This document shows positions 1 through 9,799 of a stretch of 45,793 nt of DNA, piece by piece. The notes under the pieces were generated by a model that ran no database searches, was not told the DNA's origin, and was given only the letters and a program-made list of their open reading frames with translations. Position 1 is the first letter of the stretch, and every line of letters begins with the position of its first letter. Both the position numbers and the translations under genes were made by a program. Source of the DNA: Eremomyces bilateralis CBS 781.70 (lineage: Eukaryota); NCBI GenBank assembly GCA_010015585.1, contig ML975152.1. One strand, written 5' to 3'.

Positions 1-406
1 TCTTGGGAGGTAGTTATTATGGGGCCAGTACCGAACAATCGCGAAGTCGACGATAACACGTTTGTATACTGTTTAGACTTCACCGGTTCACCTTCATCGA
101 TGATGGTCAACCCCTGGGCTCGATACAGAGCAGAACATCATGATGAGGTGCGTAACCAGACTCCGGAGCATCAATTTTTGACACCCACCCGCCAGTCCAC
201 CATGGTTCGGAGCTTTGGGTCCATCTACAGATCATTATTCAATCCCTTGGGACTGTCCCTAGCCTTTCGGAAGTAGGACATGAATGACGATCCGTATGTG
301 ATCCAATGTGGCATGTGACCCCAACCAAGATGACAGAGTACATGTATTCAGAGGGGCTTTGGACTTTGGTACAGAGTACACGGACGGGATCCGAAATGAG
401 AATCGC

Positions 407-462
407 CAATTCGACGGTGCCAATTCGACGGTAACAATTCTATGGCACCAATTCTATGGCGT
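407..462. repeat. Degenerate 14-bp tandem repeat, 4 copies
   Basis: CAATTCGACGGTGC, CAATTCGACGGTAA, CAATTCTATGGCAC, CAATTCTATGGCGT at 407, 421, 435, 449. Confidence 0.75.
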
Positions 463-629
463 TGTTGATACTTGGCATTGTTGATATTCATCGCAGCGCG
501 GCGCGAGGCCTGGATCGGTCCCTACCAAGCTTTGCTTCTCCGATATGACGAGCTCTGTTGGCATAATTCAACCTTGGCTCCACATTTTCGATATCCAATA
601 CCACATCGACACATTTCATACTGGGAAAT

Positions 630-1775
630 TTAGGAACTAGTCGAAGGGACCCCGATGGAATAAAGAATGTCATCCATCTGGGTAGGGTTCCGTTTGAGAG
701 CATCCCATTCTTCCTGATTTTTTACCATCAACGTGCCTGCTAATAGGGTACCATTGAAACATGCGGTTCCGGCCACTGTGCCGTTCGCATCTAGGGTCGG
801 AGCGCCTTCATTCGAGCGAGGACAAATGACCATTCCTCCCTCAACCATTCCAAGGTTGTAACTAAATGGGACGGGCCCGTCGAATGAGGATGGAGAATTT
901 GTCGTCTCTGGGGACTGTACTTGATCACCACAGTGGTTGATCAATCTGCGATAGACATGGTAGATGTTACCGAAGGAACAGTCCTCCGAAATCGGCAGCC
1001 CGAAATGCGAACAGGGTAGCGAAGGCAGCACTTTGAACCCTTCGAATTGTTAGCTAAGCATCGTATTTATCGTCGGATGATATAATTCTCTGAAGTATTC
1101 TGGTGAAGATCGACGTGCAGCGTGGGCCAACTTGCCTGCTTTCTCCACGGGTGACGCGATGATAGAATCAATCAAAGGGGCCCATGCGAGCTGAGAATCG
1201 TCCCCATCCATCGACTCGACGGGGAGGAACTGAAGGTGTCGGTGTGGTTGACTGGCGCCACTGAACGGCCCCGAGTTGAAGAACGCATACAATCGCCGGC
1301 CCTCCGATGACCACGACCTCAGCAGCTTGTATGTTTGCAGTAGATCATCCAGTTCAAGCAAATAAGTTTGGGGTTTGTCTATGACTGTAGCGAGAATGAA
1401 ATGGTTCTTGATGATGGGATACTTGTTAAGCACCAGGAAATGGCTCGGAGCCCCTCGTGGGATTTTGTCAATCAACAGGTCCGGATCTGGATCTGCGAAC
1501 GGGTCGACTTTCTTCTCGACTGGTTCGTTTGAAGCAGCACGCTTCTGGACCGGCTTCTTGTTTAAAGAAGGACAATATCGTAGTTGAAACTATAAAATGT
1601 TATCTATGTGTGTCGTTGAAACACAAGGGATGTTTGATGGACTAACCGGTAAACTTGATGCTGTATGAATGATGGCTAGCTCGGTTGGGGAAAATGATAG
1701 CTTCTGTGCGGCGATTCCGGCTTCATATTTCCTAGAAACTAAATCGTGCAATGGCACATCATGTTCCTGCATCAT
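630..1775 (-). CDS. APA2: Diadenosine tetraphosphate (Ap4A) phosphorylase / ATP adenylyltransferase, 3 exons
   Basis: Exons 1775-1647, 1589-1136, 1039-630. Motifs FQLRYCPSLNKKP, DPF, LNKYPIIKNHFILAT, AFFNSGPFSGASQPHRHLQF (HxHxQ catalytic motif), SYNL and FNGTLLAGTLMVK. Intron 1646-1590 is GT-AG; intron 1135-1040 is GC-AG. Confidence 0.9.
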
Positions 1776-2232
1776 TGTATCGGCGAATTTGTTAAGATGA
1801 TCTGGTAGTGCTAAACATTTATGAAGAGTCCTGAGCCAGAACCATGATGACGATGAACTTCTAGTCTCTAGTTGGCAGTTCATGCCCGAGGCAGCCATTT
1901 CCTAGCAGAACATGAACCAGGCACTCTGTGCTGTACCTATGTGACGAAGTCTATATCTTCAGATTCGCCGGCTTGACTTCGCTTATGAGACTAAAAGCAT
2001 TGGAGCCAACAACTTTGGCTAAGCAAGTCAAACTGTAGCCAGTGGTCAGGAGCTGGGAATATCAACTTTATTTCAGTATTAGATACAGGTATCTCACGAA
2101 ATCGAACCCATCACAATGAGCGCACTACTTTTCGAGTAATCATGTTCATAATCATTGTACGTAGAATGCTATATATAAATCCGAAGGACATGAAAATGCT
2201 AATGAGCTCGTTCTAGTGCCATGATATGGCCA

Positions 2233-3441
2233 TTATCGCTCACCCAACTTGTGCAACTGCATCGCCAACCACTTTTTCTTACAGGTTGCGTACCCGAATC
2301 GATAGCTCCCACCGTGCTCTGCAATGTACTGCGACACCTTCTTCCACGGGATTTTCGAGGCGTTGACCTTCACCCGATCGGGACTTGACTTCGTGTGGAT
2401 GCCAATCGCGGTGCGCAGTAATTGGATCTGGGGCATTCTGTTAGCAGAGGATAGTCATTTGGGTTATCGATACGTACGTCAACATCCTTCCACGCTGGCC
2501 TCCGGACCCTTTGACTCTTTTCCTTTGTAAGGATCCTGAAGCGTCCTCTCAACGTCGACTCCGCCTCCGAGAACTTGCCCCTCTTCTTGATTTCACTGTA
2601 TGGCATCCCGGCTCTGCGAGATTGGACGAGGAATTGATTCTGCTTATGCTTCTGACCCCTCTCTCGACTTTCGTCCTGAGATGCGGTGGAACGATCCCAA
2701 CCAGGGAATTCCCATTCCGAATTGGCTGTATAATCCCAAGTCTCACTATCGGGGCTTCTTCGACCCATCGAGGCCGACAATTCTGGAAGAACAGCCTCCT
2801 GATTCATTAGGGCCGGCTGATGTTCATCGTGCTCTTCCTTGAAGTCGACATGTGGTACGTCCGCTCCACTAGCCACGGCCTGGCTTAGAGAAGTCGCAAA
2901 GAGTGGATCGTCGTAATTAGGATCGATCGGACTATCGGCTTCCAGGGAGAGGCGAGATTCCATCGTCAAAGGCGATCCGTACGAGGAGGGAGACCAGTCA
3001 TCCAAGTTGCTGTCATATTCGGGATTTCCGAAAGGTGGAACCGTAAATGCGCTTTCAAGGTCGTCTGCTGCCGTCCAAAGCTCATGACCCTCGGTGTAGA
3101 GTTCCCACTGATCCGGAAGGCATTGTGTCCCGCCTGAAAGAAAGGAACTGGTTGCAGAATGGTCGTCAACCTCAGACCCAGAGCTCTGCTGGCCCTGCTG
3201 AGTCTGAAATGCTTGTGGTAACATGCCTGGAATGATGATCGGTTGGTAGAGAGCCGACGACGGGAAGATCTGGACCGTCTCAAGATCATCACAAGTACCG
3301 CCGTCCTACAATTCTTGTTAGCTTCTGGGGGAAATATCCAAATATAGGACGTACCTCGAAGGTTTCCGGAAAGGAATCGACAGGTTGTGAGATGCAACCC
3401 CAGCCAAACGACGGGTTGGAAGATTGAAATGTAGCCGCCAT
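2233..3441 (-). CDS. Fungal Myb/SANT-like helix-turn-helix protein, 3 exons
   Basis: Introns 3354-3306 and 2477-2428 (GTACGT donors, GCTAAC branch points) join in frame. Low-complexity acidic N-terminus. C-terminal block FLVQSRRAGMPYSEIKKRGKFSEAESTLRGRFRILTK...RVRRPAWKDVDIQLL...IPWKKVSQYIAEHGGSYRFGYATCKKKW has Myb-like Trp spacing. Confidence 0.75.
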
Positions 3442-5563
3442 GTGAGATTCTTTCTCTCCGTTGCCTGTGATCAAGATTTGATCCCTGGCTCACCGCTAAC
3501 TGGGACTGTATCGAATGGCAGCTCAATGTAATTCGCCGAAACACCACGACGGATACATGCGGATCTTGCAGAGAGTACGTTGAAGCTTTCCTTCAGTACT
3601 GTCACTTCAAAGCCACTCCGTGGTTGGCGAGTCAAGTTGCTCCAGTGAGATCTCTTTTCCCGTCAATATGGAGATGTTGCTTTCCGTTGAAGGCAGCTCA
3701 ACACTCAGACACAGTATAGGTTCCGGGTCCCAGGGCTGCAGTTGTCAAGAAGCTTAATGTTCAATAATGCTTCGCTTGGATGTGAGTATGGCAGAATGCA
3801 GATGTTGGAAATGGCCAAGAATTCTGCGAGGGGGATTTAACTCAATTCACTGACAGCAAGTGGTGATGCTGGAAATGTATCCGCAGCGAGAGAAATGACT
3901 AGAACGGCCACGTGCCAGGCCTTTTGACATTCAGTCAGAGTTGGTCCTGTGTGCTCGGCCGAGATATTATTGGACTGAGTTGAATCCGTGATTGTATGAA
4001 GGCAAATAAACACTAAGCCGCCAGAAGGAGAAGGAAAAGAAACTAAAGGACGTGGCCGACGACAATTCAACAACAGAGGGAAAATGAGTGTAGATCATGC
4101 GAGCAGGACATTAAGAAAAGCCGGGAAAGGGTGAATAATTATGGAGGATCTGACAGCGTCTCAAGCCCTCCTAATCCAGCCGTTATTCGGGTCGTAGTTT
4201 GCAATTACTCCACGGCGTTTGGATATCATGTCAATGCAAGATTCATAGAAGATCTTGTTCGGATCCCAGAGGTCTGGAATTGACCTTACCAGGATATTCA
4301 CGGGAGGGGACGGGGAATATGCAAATATGCGGCGACAAGGCGATCGCTGATTTCCAGACCAGCCCAGGAAATCGTTCGCAACAGCGCGAGGCCACCTGCT
4401 GAAGCCAAAGCGAGATACTGGATGATGAGCACTTTGCAAATGACGAGCCTCTTCTACGTCAAAGAGTCATTCGACCTTTTAGTTCCCGAGACAAGCTGTG
4501 ACTATGAATTGTGACTTAGAGGGATAGGCAACGAGAGAGACGAGAGGAAGATATACCTAGTCAACCTAGTGGATGCCATCGATCTGACAACTTAGGGGAC
4601 GCTAGCACGGCAGGTTGCATTAGCGATGCCAACGGCTATGACGGGCCACCTGGAGGCCAATGAGACCTTTGAAGTCTAATAGCCCCCTTCATTGATGGTT
4701 TGCAGCACCATGAGAGACATCTCTGCGGGAACAAAGTTGGAGACGCGCGATATACGAAGAGACTTTGCTTGAATAGCCCTTGTCGCGGCTCCGATGGGCC
4801 ATTCCACTTCAATCTGGTCGTATATAACCCAGGCGGGGATAGAGAAACCACGATCCGGTTTCCTAGAGATTTGGTGTCGCTTCTTGTCATCTTCAGTGGT
4901 GCCTCCAAGACCTCTGCTCTTCAGTGCATTCAGTTCCTTTCTCAACGTCGCCATCGCTGAGAAAGAGAGATAAGTATTTCTTATCCTTGAACTGGGGCCG
5001 TCAACTGGTTCCTGGTTCGTCGGGAATGTGCATGAGATACTCGGTTTCTTCGCGGGACTGACCTGTCAACAGCATCCCTGGTCAGGCACTGGCCATGGGC
5101 TCATAGAAAGGTCTGTGACGAGATGTTGAGGCTCTTCAAGGTGCATGTTCAATACTCACCCAGCACAGCAGATGAGGGAATGGATGCAGGCATCCATCCG
5201 GTTCATACGAACTCAATGTCCCTACTTCGTTGCCCCCCCAATTTGCTAGGAATGGGCCACGCGGAGAAGAGTTCCGAGACTTGGCGTTTGCTGTACAAAC
5301 AGCTAGGATCGTCTCGTTTAGGGATCGTGACCTGTTCTTTGGTGGCACTGGTGGCACAAGGACAGTTAGGACACAAGGACCTTCAATTCAACTTCATTGC
5401 ATCAGAAAACGTGGGGTTCCGGGCCGGAGCGTAGCAACATGAACATCCGTTGTCCAGAACGGAGTGTAAGTATGGGACAGACATCTCAGTCCTGAATGCC
5501 CTATGTTAGCCAGTATCACAAGTTGGATCTTTGCCAGAAGAGCTAATTGTTCTTGACGTTACA

Positions 5564-6761
5564 CTACAATTTCGTCTTCTCTTGACCGTTTCCCCTTTCT
5601 TCAATTCTAACATTCTGATGTGGAATCCCAAGGTACTCCCACATGAAGTGGAATCTGTATACGTTAGAACTCCTCGATGATGCCGATATGTTCCTACTTA
5701 CCGATCACTGCCAAAGAAAGGCTCGGTTACCCCTTTGTCATTGGTGACCATCGACCATGGACACCCAAATGCGCCACAATCGAGAGCTTCCTTCGTGTTG
5801 TCATTAAGCTTCTGTTTATACTCTGGGGTATTCGCTGCCGCCATTATCTTTCGGACGTCTTCTTCTGAAAAATGGCGGGAAAGTGATTCTGCCATCACAT
5901 CTGGTTTACTCAGATCCTTGCTCTGCTGCCACATTGACACCCAGAGCTCGTTGAAAGCATCTTCAAACTTGTCTTGCGAGTACTTGTCCTTCACATAAAC
6001 CATGCACCGTTGAGGCTAGCAGATGAGCAGTCAGTGGCAGGATTCCAATCGTTGGAAGCAGAGTCGATCAACGGTGCTTACCAGCAATGACAGGATGGGA
6101 AAGAACTCGGGCGTTATTAACTTCACACCGAAGTATTTCTGTGCCCGATCGCTATCGTACGGCCCATAGTTCTTCTTCGCTGGAAGCGTCCATGGTGGTT
6201 TGTTACCTATGTAAGGGTTAGAGTGGATATGATCAAGCTGGGCGGAGATCTTACCGCTTCCTACATTGATGCCGCCCCTAAACAACAGTCAGCTATAGGT
6301 TCAACCATCAACGTCGCTACAGTTTTGATGGCCAAGAGCGTCTGACGCTCTCCACCGAGTATATCTGGTGGCGTCAAACTTCTGACGTGGGAGAATGACG
6401 AGAAACATCGAGGATGTCCCAGGGCGTCCTTGGTGACAAGGAATTCAACTACGTACAGGAATACTGGAACAAATCTGGCTCATATGTTAGACGTTTCTAG
6501 CAGCCATAGCTACGGCAATGATCTCACGTACTCAACATCAACGCCATGGGCTTTAAGTGCACTACGATTCTCCCGGAGGTATACCAACGCAAACCACGAG
6601 TACGGGGATACCTGAAAATGATGGTTAGCCCAGAGGTTTCCTCATTGAACGTCTACTGATGGCATGATTGGAAAACATTATGACGATGAAGGAAAGTAGT
6701 GTGATGCGTGGCCTGGGTGACTTACACAGTCCAGGTATGTTTTGATCTTGGATTGCCCCAT
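5564..6761 (-). CDS. Glutathione S-transferase kappa / HCCA isomerase (DsbA-like family), 7 exons, C-terminal -TKL
   Basis: Spliced product reads MGQSKIKTYLDC-VSPYSWFA...EFVPVFL-GGINVGSG-NKPPWTLPAK...GAFGCPW...EPFFGSDR-FHFMWEYLG...EKTKL*. SPYS, GAFGxPW and FFGSDR are kappa-GST signatures. Micro-exons at 6474-6457 (18 nt) and 6277-6255 (23 nt). Confidence 0.9.
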
Positions 6762-6774
6762 TTTGAGAAGAAAT

Positions 6775-6804
6775 GATGCAAAAGGATGCAAAAGGACGCA
6801 AAAG
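6775..6804. repeat. 10-bp tandem repeat x3 just upstream of the GST-kappa ATG
   Basis: GATGCAAAAG GATGCAAAAG GACGCAAAAG. Confidence 0.8.
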
Positions 6805-6932
6805 GCCTGGTGATGAGGTCGAATGTCGCGATGGCACGACACTCCTATTGCTTTCGTTGTCTTTTCTATTGCCGTAATCCCCGCAGTGTTGGACACCCAC
6901 TCCTGTAACCCGTTATGGCTGCTCTGAGCGGC

Positions 6933-7042
6933 CCGAGGCTCTCTGTCGTACTAAGAGAACCAGCCACCTCCACGTTAGTGGCCTACCGGTGCTTGCAAGA
7001 CGCGCTGATTGAACTGGATCAGGTAATTAACCGACTCCGAGG
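6933..7042. promoter_or_regulatory. Two CCGAGG (FarA/FarB-type core) motifs in the bidirectional promoter
   Basis: CCGAGG at 6933-6938 and 7037-7042, between two divergent genes that both end in PTS1-like tripeptides. CCTCGG/CCGAGG is the known core of Aspergillus FarA/FarB fatty-acid-response sites. Confidence 0.5.
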
Positions 7043-7228
7043 CCTGTTCACTAATCCTCATTTCGCTGCTTCAGGAGCTGCGTGGTGAACGACATCATCC
7101 CGTAGCGATGAGCCGCCTGGATATCTGCAGCAATGTGGATTATCACAACAACCGACGGCAGATATATAAGAGCTATACGTTAGACCTTTGGGGTTTGGAC
7201 AGCCCGGAATCTTCGAGATTCGCTCCTT

Positions 7229-7337
7229 AAGCTATCATACTCCAAGCTATCAGACTCCAAGCTATCAGACTCCAAGCTATCAGACTCCAAGCTATCAGAC
7301 TCCAAGCTATCATAGGTACCCCAAGCTATCATACTCA
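7229..7337. repeat. 15-bp minisatellite (AAGCTATCAGACTCC), about 7 copies, ending just before the SDR ATG
   Basis: Units start at 7229, 7244, 7259, 7274, 7289, 7304 (with a 4-nt insertion) and 7323. The last unit runs into AAAATG at 7340. Confidence 0.95.
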
Positions 7338-7339
7338 AA

Positions 7340-8466
7340 ATGGAGCACGAGAAAGCAGTTGCTTTAGTGGTGGGAGCATCGAGAGGAATTGGAAGGACCA
7401 TCGCAATAGATTTGGCAAGGTACGCAATCCCGCTTTCGCACACAAATGATTCAACCTTACTCACGATTCATAAAGGAATGGATATCGAGGTCAGTAAACC
7501 CAAATAGCCGTCTGGCTGTGCCTCTGTTGAACCTGAAGCAGTTGTCGTCGCTGCAAAGACAACCTCAGATGCAGCTCGAACCAAGCCTTTTCCTCCCGAT
7601 CCCAATTCTCCACAGTCCACAATCAATACTGTCGCTCGCGAGATTCACGAAGCTGGTGGGGAGGCCACAGCAATTCCGGTTGATACAAGGGACTTTGAGA
7701 GCGTCACAAACTTGGTGGATAGCACGGTGAAACTATATGGTCGCCTCGATGTCCTGGTCTACAATTCTGGAGCCATATATTGGGCATCTGTTGAGAACAC
7801 GCCAATGAAGCGGTTCCAGCTCATGCAAAGGGTTAACGTTGAAGGCATGAAGATTCCTTCTAGGCGAAGGATGTGGCTAATTTGACCAGGCTTATATGGC
7901 ACGATGCAAGCAGCACTTCCGCACTTCAAAACACAGAACTGGAAAGCTCGCATCATCGTCGTGAGCCCGCCGATCTACTCCCGCTTTTTCCGAGGCAAGA
8001 CAGCGTATGCCATGGGGAAAGTAGGTATGAGTGTCTTAACCAAGGGATTGGCTATGGATTTCGAGCGTGAAGGGAAAAACGACATAGCCATTACAAGTAT
8101 ATGGCCTGCGGCGGCAATAGAAAGCGCCGCAACGCCAGACGCGTCACATCGCCCTGAGCTTCGCAAACCGGTAAGCTCGAGTTCCTATACCCAATAGAAG
8201 GCATCGCTAATTGTGACCAGACAATCTTTTCCGACGCAATATTGGCGATGCTTTCGGCTCCTGTTGCCACGGTGAATGGGAAGTTGGAACTCGATGAAGA
8301 CTTTCTTAGATCCACAGGAGTGTCCGACTTCTCAAAGTATTCGCTGATTCCAGGAGCTAACCCCCGACGAATCATGCCAGCGAAGTTCCCAGAACTGACA
8401 GTCGCCGAGCAAGACGATGAAGGACGCCGTATGGACAGTTCTAAACTTCGGCGGGCAAAACTGTAG
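7340..8466 (+). CDS. Short-chain dehydrogenase/reductase, HSDL2-like, 5 exons, C-terminal -AKL (PTS1)
   Basis: Exons 7340-7419, 7476-7489, 7542-7844, 7890-8170, 8221-8466. GASRGIG Rossmann motif, VVVAAKT, YNSGAI, AYAMGK (YxxxK), SIWPAAAIESAAT, LDEDFLRSTGVSDFSKYS; ends RRAKL*. Confidence 0.9.
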
Positions 8467-8751
8467 GTCTATGAGCTTTGACATTGTGTTTCGTTATTCC
8501 GTGAGCAATTCAGAAGGGCTGGTGGGCGGCATGTAGCACAACTGACATGGGGATCCATATTGGCACTCACCGTCCAGCCAGCCGTTATTCTCACCTAATG
8601 GATCACAATAGAAATTTCATCTTTCTCCGTCCGAGTTATCTCAAGATAAGCGTGATTTTGAACGTTGAGAGAGAAAACAGGTTGACCTACTGAAGATACG
8701 AAGAACAGTTTCTGCCAGGGAAGTCAGGTTAGCTCTCTATCCTTTGCGCGT

Positions 8752-8785
8752 CGTCTCCGAGCGTGCAGCGTCTCCGAGCGTGCAG
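8752..8785. repeat. 17-bp exact tandem duplication
   Basis: CGTCTCCGAGCGTGCAG twice. Confidence 0.8.
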
Positions 8786-9799
8786 CGTGTGCCAAACTTT
8801 GGCGGCATGTGGAATTCTTGCATTGCCAGTTCAGTTAGCTCTTCCGCAGCCTTCGGTTTTCGAGGGGGCTATTACATCCTGAATGTCGTTTTCTCTACCA
8901 TTGGATAAACCTTCGACCAAACTGGCTAGCAATAGTCTATTTCCCGTGCTTACATAGTATGGTGTATGACAGTATCGCCCTATTTTCCTTAATTTTCCTT
9001 TTCTGGCGTTATTTTCATGAAAAATCGCAATTCCGATATGAGAACAGGTTTACCTACTTGTCCTTGCTTGACTTGTTGTCCTCTGTATGATATCTCTTTC
9101 TCTGGTCAGTTTCGAGCACCTGGAATGCATAGTACAAGAGCTGCATTTCGAGGAAATAATCGATCATTCCATTTAAATCTCTGCGCGAGAGTACAGACCG
9201 CGTGCTGAAATGGCGCAAGGGGTTCTCGTCCTCGAACACGGTGCAGCCGCGGAGACTCGGTCTCGCATTTTCTAAATATCCATGCATTGGTACCTGTCTC
9301 TCATTGAGGTGTACGGCGTGTGACTTCTCTGGACGAGATTCCAAACAATTAATGGCTGTATGAAATTGAGCTTGTGCCCCGACCGCGTCGATTCAATTGC
9401 CCTGGTACACACCAAGTTCTGGGAAAGCTGTGCATTCAGAAGACTGCACTCTTACACAAAATCATATGCGATTCTCCATTGTCACGGTGGTCAAATCTCA
9501 TGCAGGAATGTTTGTATGGTTGTTTCTCTCACAGGTATTCCTAATATGTAGGACATTCCTCGCGGGCCACATGCCTACGCGACCCGCGGCGATCAACAGG
9601 GAGACATCGAGTTCTACTCGATTTAATAATTGGGTTGCCTGGGATCTGCAAATTCTCCGCACTCGCTGATTCGCTTCATTGTTAGACCGTTTGACCGTGT
9701 TCAGCTCTCGCGAATTGTTTTCGCTCTCATATTCACCCGTTTGATACGAGCTGTGGCGTACTAGGCCATAGTGATTGGCACAAGGTATCTCGGCAGAGG

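Noticed and set aside
4636..5442. Several 70-100 aa ORFs on both strands with scattered splice-like signals
   Set aside because: I could not assemble a consistent spliced ORF or recognise any motif; may be a weak gene but is unsupported.
7229..7337. CRISPR-like appearance of the repeat array
   Set aside because: Units are contiguous with no unique spacers, no cas genes, and the DNA is eukaryotic.
7180..7464. Minus-strand ORF with SLESD repeats
   Set aside because: Product of the 15-bp minisatellite plus the antisense of SDR exon 1.
9054..9730. Open minus-strand frames upstream of the surface-protein pseudogene
   Set aside because: No recognisable domain or coherent exon structure.
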